In this document: piece after piece, positions 38,139-46,591 of the stretch
Layout: every line of letters starts with the position of its first letter
Numbering within the stretch: position 1 is the first letter of the stretch
Source of the DNA: an uncultured Candidatus Saccharibacteria bacterium
GTDB lineage: Bacteria > Patescibacteriota > Minisyncoccia > Phycocordibacterales > UBA2100
Length of the DNA: 64,000 nt
Direction of reading: 5' to 3'
Assembly: GCA_964586255.1 (NCBI GenBank)
Contig: CAZPGE010000003.1
Span: 66,537-130,536 of the forward strand
Notes under the pieces: generated by a model
The model's input: the letters and a program-made list of their open reading frames with translations, nothing else
Told to the model about the DNA's origin: nothing
The model's database searches: none
Translations under genes and position numbers: made by a program

Positions 38139-38210
38139 TGACCCTACCGGGAATCGAACCCGGATTCTCAGCTTGAAAAGCTGGTGTCCTAACCATTAGA
38201 CGATAGGGCC
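38139..38210 (-). tRNA. tRNA-Glu (TTC)
   Basis: Minus-strand reading GGCCCTA-TC-GTCTAATGGTTAGGAC-A-CCAGC-TTTTCAA-GCTGA-GAAT-CCGGGTTCGATTCCCGG-TAGGGTC-A. The T-arm GGTTCGATTCC is present. Its 3' end faces the AT-rich island. Confidence 0.85.
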
Positions 38211-38414
38211 GTGCTCTGCCTTGGCTTCGCAGGGCTAGCCCTTGAAAGCGCGAGGAAAAGTGGCTATATCATACGGTTATTTTGGCTGAAAGGCAAAAAA
38301 ATGATATGGTATCTCTCGGTCAGATCGTTAGTGATTTCTGCAATTGCGGAAGACACATGATGCGGGAATTCGTTCCTGTATCACATAGGAGAAGCGCACT
38401 AGCGCTTCTCCCAA

Positions 38415-38499
38415 GGAGAGGTGGCTGAGTGGTCGAAAGCACCGGTTTCGAAAACCGGCATACCGCAAGGTATCGAGAGTTCGAATCTCTCCCTCTCCG
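38415..38499 (+). tRNA. tRNA-Ser (CGA), type-II with a long variable arm
   Basis: GGAGAGG-TG-GCTGAGTGGTCGAAAGC-A-CCGGT-TTCGAAA-ACCGG-CATACCGCAAGGTATC-GAGAGTTCGAATCTCTC-CCTCTCC-G. Confidence 0.85.
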
Positions 38500-38668
38500 C
38501 ATGTTGAAAATCCCCCGACTGCGGGGTGATTTTCTTATGCGGAGAGGAGAAGAGTGCTGAGCACTCTTCGTGAGAGATTCGAACAGCGGAGCGATGCCGA
38601 GCCAGCTGGCGAGGCCGTGAGCTGGTGCCTAGCCCGAGTCCACCGACGGGTGGACGAGAGGCGAAGGA

Positions 38669-38698
38669 GAATCTCTCCCTCTCCGCACGTGTTGAAAA
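38669..38698 (+). repeat. Direct repeat of the tRNA-Ser 3' end plus flank (gaatctctccctctccgca[cg]tgttgaaaa), copy of 38483-38510
   Basis: 28 bp identical apart from a 2-bp insertion, 186 bp downstream of the tRNA; att-like. Confidence 0.6.
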
Positions 38699-38741
38699 AG
38701 GCGTACTTCGGGTACGTCTTTTTCAATGTTGGCGTGCGATA

Positions 38742-39638
38742 ATGGAGCGCATGCAAAGAGGTGGCACTGTGGGACTTCTTCTCGTCGTGTTCGGAATCCT
38801 CGTCGTGACGATGTGGGGAGGGTACTACGCATTCAAGGCAGACCCAGAGCCAGAGCGGGCGCCGACGCCGCTCGTAGAAGTGGTACCAGATGGCGACCCG
38901 CGAAAGACGCGCTCATACGTGATTCTCGACAACAGCTTTGCGTCGGGTGGGGAGTACGTCTACTACAAGACCGGCAGTGACAGCACAGGAGAGCCTGTCT
39001 ACGCCGTCGTGCGTGGTGCCGACCCTGAGACCTTTAAGAAAGTCGGTACCGTCTCGCCGCATATTCCTGGTGGCGCACCTCGCAGCTCCACACAGACCTC
39101 GTCGCTCGTGGGAGGTAGTGGCGGCTCTGCGCAAGAAGCAACGCAAAGCTCACAGACTGTGACGCAGACACAGTCTAGTGGTCCCACACAGCTCGGCTCT
39201 GCCGGAGGCTCTGGTGCCGCCGGCACCTCGTATAGCATCACGTATTACAGTGACGCAAATAATGTGTACATGGTCATAGAGAGCGGCGGACAGACGAGCT
39301 CGCCGCAAGTCGTCGTCGGTGCAGACCCAGCTACTTTTCAGATTTTGAATGCGGAATATTCAAAAGATGCGGAGCATGTGTACGTCATCATCGTGACTTG
39401 CACAGATGGTGTATGTACCGCTTCCGTGTCGATAGTGGCGTCGGCCGACCCTGCGACATTTCAAGCTTTTCCTTCTGCGCAGAATGTTTTGAATTCCGAT
39501 TGTACGGGCTACGTGGTAGCCGATGGTCAGGATGCCAACAATGTGTACAACAACGGTCAGATAGTCGATGGGGTAAGCGTGTACTTGATTGGCGGAGGTG
39601 GCAGCTGCGACGACACGCCGGTCCTCATATCGCCATAG
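38742..39638 (+). CDS. Membrane-anchored DKNYY-like repeat protein
   Basis: N-terminal TM anchor, then repeated units (GEYVYYKTG…ADPETFK; DANNVYMV…ADPATFQ; DAEHVYVI…ADPATFQAF; DANNVYNNG). Confidence 0.5.
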   Translation: MERMQRGGTVGLLLVVFGILVVTMWGGYYAFKADPEPERAPTPLVEVVPDGDPRKTRSYVILDNSFASGGEYVYYKTGSDSTGEPVYAVVRGADPETFKKVGTVSPHIPGGAPRSSTQTSSLVGGSGGSAQEATQSSQTVTQTQSSGPTQLGSAGGSGAAGTSYSITYYSDANNVYMVIESGGQTSSPQVVVGADPATFQILNAEYSKDAEHVYVIIVTCTDGVCTASVSIVASADPATFQAFPSAQNVLNSDCTGYVVADGQDANNVYNNGQIVDGVSVYLIGGGGSCDDTPVLISP

Positions 39639-39766
39639 GCTGATTTGACACATCGCTGCGTGCTGCTACGCTGAGGGCATGCAGGTATATCGCACCGCGA
39701 TGATGATGGAGATGCGACCGCTCGGCGGGAGTCTTCTTCGTACTGCATAACTAAGCAACATACGAA

Positions 39767-39795
39767 AAGCCCCGCCACAAGCGGGGCTTTTTCGT
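39767..39795 (+). terminator. Rho-independent terminator
   Basis: aaaagccccgc-caca-agcggggcttttt. Confidence 0.6.
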
Positions 39796-39828
39796 TGGAT
39801 CTTTTGACAGCTCTTTAGGGAGGTACCG

Positions 39829-40029
39829 ATGGAAGAGTGCACGACGTGCCACGAGCCGGCTCGACTGCGCGTATTTGTGCGACCCCAAGAAGGAGGTCCG
39901 CGCAAAGCGCATCATTTCTGCTGCGAAGAGTGTAAATCTGCAGGATTGAGAGACCTCTCTGAGCAGGGTCTCAGGGAGACCGATGAAGTCCTCGGATGGG
40001 ACGTCTTCATCCCGATGTGGATGCGTTGA
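39829..40029 (+). CDS. Small zinc-ribbon protein (CxxC…CxxC, 66 aa)
   Basis: GGAGG lies 6 nt before the ATG. Cys pairs CTTCH…CCEEC. Followed by terminator 40029-40068 (aaccggtgaatc…gattcaccggttttctttt). Confidence 0.45.
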   Translation: MEECTTCHEPARLRVFVRPQEGGPRKAHHFCCEECKSAGLRDLSEQGLRETDEVLGWDVFIPMWMR

Positions 40030-40081
40030 ACCGGTGAATCGCTTGATTCACCGGTTTTCTTTTGTGCTAGTATGCAGCGCA

Positions 40082-40912
40082 ATGACCGGGAGAAACTTTC
40101 GAACACTGCTCGAAGCACAATGGGATGCCAAGAAGTTTCTCTGTGTGGGGCTTGATACCGACGACCAGAAAATACCCGAAGAGTTGCGAAAACTAGGCGT
40201 GTACGAAGGCATCCTTGCCTTCAATCGTGCGATAGTCGATGCGACGAAAGATATCGCCTCCTCATACAAACCAAACACCGCATTTTACGAAGCGCACGGT
40301 GACCTAGGATTTGCTGCACTGCGAGCCACGATTATGTACATCAACGAAGTGGCGCCTGAGTTGCCTGTCATCCTCGACGCGAAGCGCGCGGACATCGGCA
40401 ATACGAATCAGGGATATGCAGTTTCCGCCTTTGACCATCTCGGTGCCGACGCGATTACCGTGCATCCGTATTTTGGTGCAGAAGCGCTGGAGCCTTTTTT
40501 CGAGCGCACCGACAAGGGCATCATCGTCTTATGCCGCTCTTCCAACGAAGGTTCAGGCGAACTTCAGTTGCTCGACGTGGGCGGCGAGCCGCTCTACAAA
40601 GTCGTGGCGAAGCACATAGCAGAAAAATGGAATTCTCGCGGCAACTGTTCGATTATGGTCGGCGCGACATACCCTGATGAGCTACGCGAAGTTCGCGCTA
40701 TCGTGGGAGACATGCCGATTTTGATTCCGGGCATCGGCGCCCAAGGCGGCGACTTAGAAAAGACCGTTGCGGCGGGTAAAGATGCGCGCGGAAGAGGGAT
40801 GATAATATCCGCATCGCGCGCTATTACGTTTGCCTCCGGAGGACCAGATTTTGCGGAGGCGGCGAGAGCTCGTGCACAGGAGCTCCATGACGCGATAACG
40901 AAAGCGTTATAG
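40082..40912 (+). CDS. pyrF: Orotidine 5'-phosphate decarboxylase (type 2, long form)
   Basis: FLCVGLDTD… and ILDAKRADIGNT motifs. Start re-set to MTGRNF; the ORF table starts at 39983. Confidence 0.85.
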   Translation: MTGRNFRTLLEAQWDAKKFLCVGLDTDDQKIPEELRKLGVYEGILAFNRAIVDATKDIASSYKPNTAFYEAHGDLGFAALRATIMYINEVAPELPVILDAKRADIGNTNQGYAVSAFDHLGADAITVHPYFGAEALEPFFERTDKGIIVLCRSSNEGSGELQLLDVGGEPLYKVVAKHIAEKWNSRGNCSIMVGATYPDELREVRAIVGDMPILIPGIGAQGGDLEKTVAAGKDARGRGMIISASRAITFASGGPDFAEAARARAQELHDAITKAL

Positions 40913-40925
40913 AATATTCATCGAT

Positions 40926-41558
40926 ATGGACGAGGGCAAAGTACTGGAGATTTTGCAGAAGGTAGGTGCCTTCCGGTCCGGGCACTTCGTGTTTGTCTCT
41001 GGGCTTCACGCCGATACGTACGTCAACAAAAATGCGATGTACCCGTACACGCATTCCATGTCTGAGCTCTGCAAGGGGGTCGCTGAGATGTTCAAGGGTC
41101 AGCAGATTGAGGCAGTTCTTGGTCCCGCTACCGGCGGGATTATTCTTTCTCAATGGGTCGCGTACCACCTGAGCGAGCTCGAGGGACGCGAGGTCTATAG
41201 CACGTACGCAGATAAAGATGGAGATGGTTTTGTCATCAAACGCGGCTACGACGAGCTCATCAAAGGAAAAAAAGTGCTCGTCGTCGAAGACCTCGTGACG
41301 ACGGGTGGCTCACTCAAAAAAGTCGTCGAAGCTGCGCGTGGCGTGGGCGCGGAGGTCGCTGCCGCTGTCGCGGTGTGCAATCGTGGCGAGGTCACAAAAG
41401 AGATGGCAGGCAACCCGCCTGTCTTCACCTCGCTCCTCACGGTCCATCTGGACCAGTGGCCGGCAGCGGAGTGCGAGCTTTGTAAGCAGGGCATACCGGT
41501 AAACACGGATGTCGGCCACGGTAAGGAATTCCTCGCCAAGCAGGCTGCAGGGGTATAG
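40926..41558 (+). CDS. pyrE: Orotate phosphoribosyltransferase
   Basis: PRPP-binding motif VLVVEDLVTTGGS. Confidence 0.9.
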   Translation: MDEGKVLEILQKVGAFRSGHFVFVSGLHADTYVNKNAMYPYTHSMSELCKGVAEMFKGQQIEAVLGPATGGIILSQWVAYHLSELEGREVYSTYADKDGDGFVIKRGYDELIKGKKVLVVEDLVTTGGSLKKVVEAARGVGAEVAAAVAVCNRGEVTKEMAGNPPVFTSLLTVHLDQWPAAECELCKQGIPVNTDVGHGKEFLAKQAAGV

Positions 41559-41625
41559 AGCGCCTATTTCGGCCACTTTTCCGCAATGATATACTGGTGT
41601 CTCTACCAGTTTTTTATACTTTCCT

Positions 41626-42075
41626 ATGCAAAAGACGATTATTTCCGCGCTCCTCGTCATAATCCTTGCGGCAGGCGCTATCTATTGGCTCAGTGCGAAG
41701 CCGCCCGTCGTCGAAGAGGGTGATGCCACGACGTCAGTCGATTCCACAATGCCAGTGCAGGGCGCTGAGGGGAGAAGCGAAATGACCGTATCGCCAGAGA
41801 CCGCGGGGTCAGACACTGCAGCGCCGGAGCAGAAAGCGGGGACCTATACACTCGCTCAGGTAGCACCACACAATAGCGCGACGAGCTGCTGGAGTGTTAT
41901 CAACGGCGGTGTCTACGACCTTACAAGCTGGATAGCGAAGCATCCGGGCGGCACGCAGGCGATTCTGAGCCTGTGCGGCAAAGATGGAAGTGCTGCGTTC
42001 GTCGGCCAACATGAAGGCGGTGAGAAACAGGCGGCCATGCTGGTCACACTCAAGATAGGCACTCTCGTACAGTAA
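41626..42075 (+). CDS. Membrane-anchored cytochrome b5-like heme-binding domain protein
   Basis: N-terminal TM anchor. …CWSVINGGVYDLTSWIAKHPGGTQAIL… carries the HPGG motif. Confidence 0.7.
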   Translation: MQKTIISALLVIILAAGAIYWLSAKPPVVEEGDATTSVDSTMPVQGAEGRSEMTVSPETAGSDTAAPEQKAGTYTLAQVAPHNSATSCWSVINGGVYDLTSWIAKHPGGTQAILSLCGKDGSAAFVGQHEGGEKQAAMLVTLKIGTLVQ

Positions 42076-42077
42076 GT

Positions 42078-42461
42078 ATGCCCTCGACCTCACTCTTCTC
42101 GAGGACTGCAGAATACGCGCCATTCGTGCTTCGCACAGCGCTCGCTGCAGTGGTGATGTGGTTTGGCGCGCAGCAGCTCATGGCGCCTGATATGTGGGTG
42201 AGTTGGGTACCTGCATGGGCAGGCGTCTTCGGCATGTCGCCTGAGACGCTCGTATTCATCAACGGCTCGTTCGAAGTAGTAGCAGGAGCGCTCCTGCTCG
42301 CAGGTATTTTCACGCGTGCCGTCGCATTCTTTCTTTTTGTACACATGGCGATTCTCGTATGGGAGTTTGGAGTGACACCAGTGGGTGTGAGGGACTTTGG
42401 CCTCGCCATGGGTCTTCTCACGCTCGCGCTCGACGATAGGAGCAAGTGGGCACTTTCATAA
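42078..42461 (+). CDS. DoxX-family membrane protein
   Basis: Four TM helices with a DoxX-like N-terminus (FVLRTALAAVVMWFGAQQL). Confidence 0.65.
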   Translation: MPSTSLFSRTAEYAPFVLRTALAAVVMWFGAQQLMAPDMWVSWVPAWAGVFGMSPETLVFINGSFEVVAGALLLAGIFTRAVAFFLFVHMAILVWEFGVTPVGVRDFGLAMGLLTLALDDRSKWALS

Positions 42462-42464
42462 CGT

Positions 42465-42920
42465 ATGCGCAGCTTCGGCATCGTTGCAGTACTTCTTGCC
42501 GTGGCGGTCGGCACATATATGTATGCGCGTCCGGCGAGGCAGCCGGTCACAGAGGTCGTGCAGCGTAGTGGCAATCCTGTCGTAGGGATGGTCTCGGCAG
42601 AGGGTGCGGATTCATACGACGTGCTCGTGACGTTTGATGGAGAAGCGTTTTCTCCCAAAGAGCTCACCGTACAGAAAGGTGCGCGTGTGCGTTTTCTCAA
42701 TACATCGGACGAAAGCGTGTGGCCTGCATCCGCTGTGCATCCCACGCATTCCATCTATCCTGAAAAAGACACGCAGAATTGTCTCGGGAGCTCTTTCGAT
42801 GCGTGTCGTGAGCTTGGGAAAGACGAATTCTTCGACTTCACCTTCGAGTATGTGGGAGAGTGGCGCTACCATGACCATATCAAGGCGTTTAAGACAGGCG
42901 TAATCACGGTGACCGAATAG
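42465..42920 (+). CDS. Secreted hypothetical protein, possibly a cupredoxin-like fold
   Basis: Signal peptide. The beta-rich C-terminus (…[29 protein letters not shown]) has His/Cys ligand candidates. Confidence 0.4.
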   Translation: MRSFGIVAVLLAVAVGTYMYARPARQPVTEVVQRSGNPVVGMVSAEGADSYDVLVTFDGEAFSPKELTVQKGARVRFLNTSDESVWPASAVHPTHSIYPEKDTQNCLGSSFDACRELGKDEFFDFTFEYVGEWRYHDHIKAFKTGVITVTE

Positions 42921-42921
42921 T

Positions 42922-43881
42922 ATGGAATGGCCAGAGGAGATGCAGCAGAACTTGAAGAGGGCGACGACGCTTCGCTATGGAGAGAATCCGCACCAAGCAG
43001 CGGCGCTCTATCTCGACGAGAACGACACAAGGCCGTCAGTCGCGCGCGCCACGCAGGTGCAGGGTAAGGAGCTGAGCTTCAACAATCTGCAGGATGCAGA
43101 CGCCGCTTTCGAGTGCGTGGCGGAGTTCGAGGAGCCTGCGTGCGTGATTGTAAAGCATATGAATCCATGCGGTGTCGCCGTGGCGAGTGATGTCCGTGAG
43201 GCCTACCTGCGCGCATACGCGTGCGACACCATCTCAGCATTTGGCGGCATCGTAGCGCTCAACTCCACGCTCACCGAGCAGCTTGCGATAGAGCTCGTCA
43301 AAATATTTCTCGAGGTCGTGGTGGCGCCGGAAGCTGACGCTGAAGCGCTCGCGATACTCTCTACCAAACCCAATGTGCGTGTCCTGCTCACGGGCAGCAT
43401 GCCCGACCCTGCGCAGGTGCGCACCACGGTGCGCTCTATCAGTGGAGGATTCCTCGTGCAGACGGCGGATAGTGCGGTGTTTGATGGCGAATTGAAGACG
43501 GTGACGAAGCGCGCACCGACTACTGAGGAGCTGTCGGACCTCATCTTTGCGTTTACGGTGGTAAAACACGTGAAATCCAACGCCATCGTGTATGCCAAAG
43601 ACGGCGCGACGAAAGGCGTGGGCGCAGGACAGATGAGTCGCATATATAGCGCGAAGATTGCGGCCATGAAAGCGGCAGAGGAAAAGATTTCGCTCTCAGA
43701 CAGTGTCATGGCATCGGATGCATTTATGCCGTTTCCTGATTGTGTGCATGCGGCACACGAGGTGGGAGCCACGGCAATAATCCAGCCGGGCGGCTCGCTC
43801 AAAGACCAAGACTCCATCGATGCGGCTGACTCGTTTGATATGGCGATGGTCTTCACAGGGATGCGTCATTTTCGGCACTAG
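42922..43881 (+). CDS. AICAR transformylase domain protein (PurH C-terminal AICARFT domain only; no IMP-cyclohydrolase/MGS domain)
   Basis: YGENPHQ signature and FNNLQDAD… motifs. Only 319 aa, against ~520 aa for bifunctional PurH. Confidence 0.75.
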   Translation: MEWPEEMQQNLKRATTLRYGENPHQAAALYLDENDTRPSVARATQVQGKELSFNNLQDADAAFECVAEFEEPACVIVKHMNPCGVAVASDVREAYLRAYACDTISAFGGIVALNSTLTEQLAIELVKIFLEVVVAPEADAEALAILSTKPNVRVLLTGSMPDPAQVRTTVRSISGGFLVQTADSAVFDGELKTVTKRAPTTEELSDLIFAFTVVKHVKSNAIVYAKDGATKGVGAGQMSRIYSAKIAAMKAAEEKISLSDSVMASDAFMPFPDCVHAAHEVGATAIIQPGGSLKDQDSIDAADSFDMAMVFTGMRHFRH

Positions 43882-43922
43882 CGCGGATTTGTCTAGAAAG
43901 AAAGCGGTGGTACTATCATCGG

Positions 43923-45155
43923 ATGAAACCGCTGCCCTTCAATCTTTCCGATATAAAGACCCTTCTTTCTGAGCACCCGACGCCGCTCTATATCTACGAT
44001 GAGGAGGGTATCCGCGCGCAGATTCGAAAGCTGCTCGCGGCTTTTTCATGGAATGAGGGATTTCGCGAATATTTTGCCGTGAAGGCACTTCCCAACCCGG
44101 AGATTTTGCGTATCGCTGCCTCAGAAGGATGCGGCGCCGATTGTAGCTCGATGGTAGAGCTCTTGATTGCCGACAAGGCAGGGATTACAGGAGGCGATAT
44201 CATGTTTAGTTCCAACGACACGCCAGCGGAAGAATTTAAGGCGGCTATGGAACGAGGTGCACACATCAACCTAGACGACATCAATCACCTCGATTTCCTC
44301 GAAGAAGTAGCCGGCTTGCCGGAGCTCATATGTTTTCGGTTTAATCCGGGGTCTGTGCAGGGCGGCAACGCTATCATCGGCGATCCAAAAGAAGCGAAGT
44401 TTGGCCTCACTCGTGACCAGATGTTTGAAGCCTACGAGTCGGCAAAGGGGAAGGGCATCAAGCGATTTGGACTTCACACCATGCCGATTTCCAACGAGCT
44501 CAACATCACGTATTTCCTCGAGGCCGCTGAGCGTGTCTTTACACTCGCCAAGGAGATAGAAGAGAAAGTCGGAATTACGTTTGAGTTCATAAATCTTGGC
44601 GGCGGTCTCGGTATCCCCTATAAGCCCGGCCAAAAGGAGCTCGATATCGAAGGGCTCGGCTCGGGCCTCAAGCATGTATACGAGAAGATTTTTGGAGAGC
44701 GACAGTCGTCCATCAAACTTTTCCTCGAATCAGGACGCTACATCACGGGGCCATTTGGATTCCTCGTTTCGAAAGTGCGGCACGTGAAAGACTCGTACAA
44801 GCAGTATGTGGGGCTCGATGCGAGCATGGCCAACCTGATGCGCCCTGGCATGTACGGTGCGTACCACCACATTTCGGTTCTCGGTAAGGAGCATGAGGCG
44901 CAGGGGATGGTGTACGACGTCGTCGGGTCCCTGTGTGAAAACAACGATAAATTTGCTATCGACCGACAGCTGCCACCGATGGAGGCGGGTGACGTGGTCG
45001 TCATACACGACGCAGGTGCGCACGGACACGCGATGGGCTTCAACTACAACGGCAAGCTTCGTTCCGCAGAATTTCTCATGCATCCCGATAAGACATTCAC
45101 CATGATTCGTCGTGCAGAGACTGCCGATGACCTATTTGCGACGCTCGTGCGCTGA
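43923..45155 (+). CDS. PLP-dependent fold-III decarboxylase (diaminopimelate decarboxylase family, LysA-like)
   Basis: FAVKALPNP…, GGGLGIPY, ESGRYITGP and a C-terminal beta-barrel. LysA cannot be told apart from carboxynorspermidine decarboxylase on sequence alone. Confidence 0.8.
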   Translation: MKPLPFNLSDIKTLLSEHPTPLYIYDEEGIRAQIRKLLAAFSWNEGFREYFAVKALPNPEILRIAASEGCGADCSSMVELLIADKAGITGGDIMFSSNDTPAEEFKAAMERGAHINLDDINHLDFLEEVAGLPELICFRFNPGSVQGGNAIIGDPKEAKFGLTRDQMFEAYESAKGKGIKRFGLHTMPISNELNITYFLEAAERVFTLAKEIEEKVGITFEFINLGGGLGIPYKPGQKELDIEGLGSGLKHVYEKIFGERQSSIKLFLESGRYITGPFGFLVSKVRHVKDSYKQYVGLDASMANLMRPGMYGAYHHISVLGKEHEAQGMVYDVVGSLCENNDKFAIDRQLPPMEAGDVVVIHDAGAHGHAMGFNYNGKLRSAEFLMHPDKTFTMIRRAETADDLFATLVR

Positions 45156-45226
45156 TTGACGAGTCGTCCTTTACAGTGTTATCTAGTGAGAGCGCAGCAG
45201 CGCGGTAGGAATCAAGGAGGCGACAG

Positions 45227-45544
45227 GTGGCAAATATTTCATACCACGGACCCGAAGTCATTCGTGTTGCAGGTCGGACTCAGCTCGCATTTCTCGTGCC
45301 GATTGAGAGCAGTGATGGCCTCGCGGCAGCGATTCGGGCCACGAACCGTGCGATTGAGTGCGCCGACTTCCTCGGTCGAATCGACGTATGCCCCTCAGAG
45401 TATCAGGCGCGAAAGCGCCATGCGAAACCCGGCGTGTGCGTCTACGTGTCGGTGTCACCGGGCGTCCGCGACCCGCTGCAGGGTGAGGTGTGCGCGACGG
45501 CGAAGCGAATCCTCGGCAAGGTCTGCGAAGCAATTGCCGCTTGA
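45227..45544 (+). CDS. Small hypothetical protein (105 aa)
   Basis: GTG start with an AAGGAGG RBS 6 nt upstream. Confidence 0.4.
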   Translation: MANISYHGPEVIRVAGRTQLAFLVPIESSDGLAAAIRATNRAIECADFLGRIDVCPSEYQARKRHAKPGVCVYVSVSPGVRDPLQGEVCATAKRILGKVCEAIAA

Positions 45545-45595
45545 ATCGGCGACAGAGCAATGACAATGGCGCGGGGAAACCCGCGCTTTTTCCTT

Positions 45596-46531
45596 TTATG
45601 CCTCGCTCTTATTCTTACGGAGGTACATGTACACATCCTCGAGCGCTTTTACGGCGTCTCCCGCTGCGATGTTGTTTTGGTGATAGATACCATCAGTGAT
45701 GTCGCCGGCTGCCCATACGCGCGGGTGCGAGGAGCGCAGCGTGCGCGGGTCGACTTTGATTTGGCCGACCTGATTTTTCTCGAGCGTATCGCCGACCCAT
45801 CCTGAGTTTGGGATAAGACCTATTTCGACGAATATGCCCGAGACGGGGAGCCCATGCACTTCGCCGGATTTCGTGTCCTTGTACTTGATGCCGGAGACGA
45901 ATGCATCGCCGAGTACTTCTATCGGCTCGGCATTGAGGATGATACGCATGTTGGGATGAGATTTTGCAGCGGCGATAGATATCTCATCAGCGCGGAAGGT
46001 ATCAGTGCGGTTGAGGAGCGTGACGCTTTTGCAGTACGCAAGAAGTTGGAGTGCGCTCTCAAACGCGGCGTTGCCGCCGCCGATTACTGCAACATCCATG
46101 CCGCCAAAAAGCGGTCCGTCACAGGAGGCGCAGTAGGTGAGGCCCTTGTTGTCGTGTTCGGCTGCACCCGGGACGTCGAGCTTTCGGCGCTGCGCCCCTG
46201 TGGCCACGATTGCGGTCCTTCCCGAGTACACCGTGCCGTTTTTGATGGTGACTTCTACATGGTCGTCAAACGTCGCAAGGTTGCTCGCCTCAGCAGGGGA
46301 GACCACTTCCAGAAACTCTCCTTTGTAGGCCTCGACATGTTTTTTGAGCGCATCAGCGAGGTCAGCGCCCATGATGGCGGGCGTGCCTATCCAATTTTGT
46401 ATTTCGCTCGAGACGGCGCTCTGTCCGCCCCATTCAGTCGTAAGAAAAAGTGTCTTGAGCTGCTTGCGCGCCGCATAGACGGCTGCCGATGTGCCCGCTG
46501 GGCCACCGCCGATTATGATGAGGTCGTACAT
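45596..46531 (-). CDS. trxB: Thioredoxin-disulfide reductase
   Basis: FAD motif IIGGGPAGTSAA, redox-active CASCDGPLF, NAD(P)-binding IGGGNAA. Confidence 0.9.
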   Translation of the reverse strand: MYDLIIIGGGPAGTSAAVYAARKQLKTLFLTTEWGGQSAVSSEIQNWIGTPAIMGADLADALKKHVEAYKGEFLEVVSPAEASNLATFDDHVEVTIKNGTVYSGRTAIVATGAQRRKLDVPGAAEHDNKGLTYCASCDGPLFGGMDVAVIGGGNAAFESALQLLAYCKSVTLLNRTDTFRADEISIAAAKSHPNMRIILNAEPIEVLGDAFVSGIKYKDTKSGEVHGLPVSGIFVEIGLIPNSGWVGDTLEKNQVGQIKVDPRTLRSSHPRVWAAGDITDGIYHQNNIAAGDAVKALEDVYMYLRKNKSEA

Positions 46532-46591
46532 GGTTTCCTAGTGTACACGAGAAAGACGCGCCAGCACTGTTGACTGCGCACTACGGGAGTA

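Noticed and set aside
37901-38176. 91-aa + ORF (and 37684-38031 minus ORF) at the right end of the AT-rich island
   Set aside because: The + ORF runs into the tRNA-Glu gene and neither has an RBS or protein-like composition. This region looks like decayed, non-coding island DNA. A ~50-aa frame ending at 37822 (…EAAINEIYERAGYGM) was also seen but is too short to call.
38541-38685. Possible second (intron-containing or Sec-like) tRNA bounded by GGAGAGG…CCTCTCC
   Set aside because: Only the acceptor-stem halves match. The 130 nt between them give no D-arm, anticodon or T-arm structure. Better explained as an inverted plus a direct repeat of the tRNA-Ser 3' end (att-like scar).
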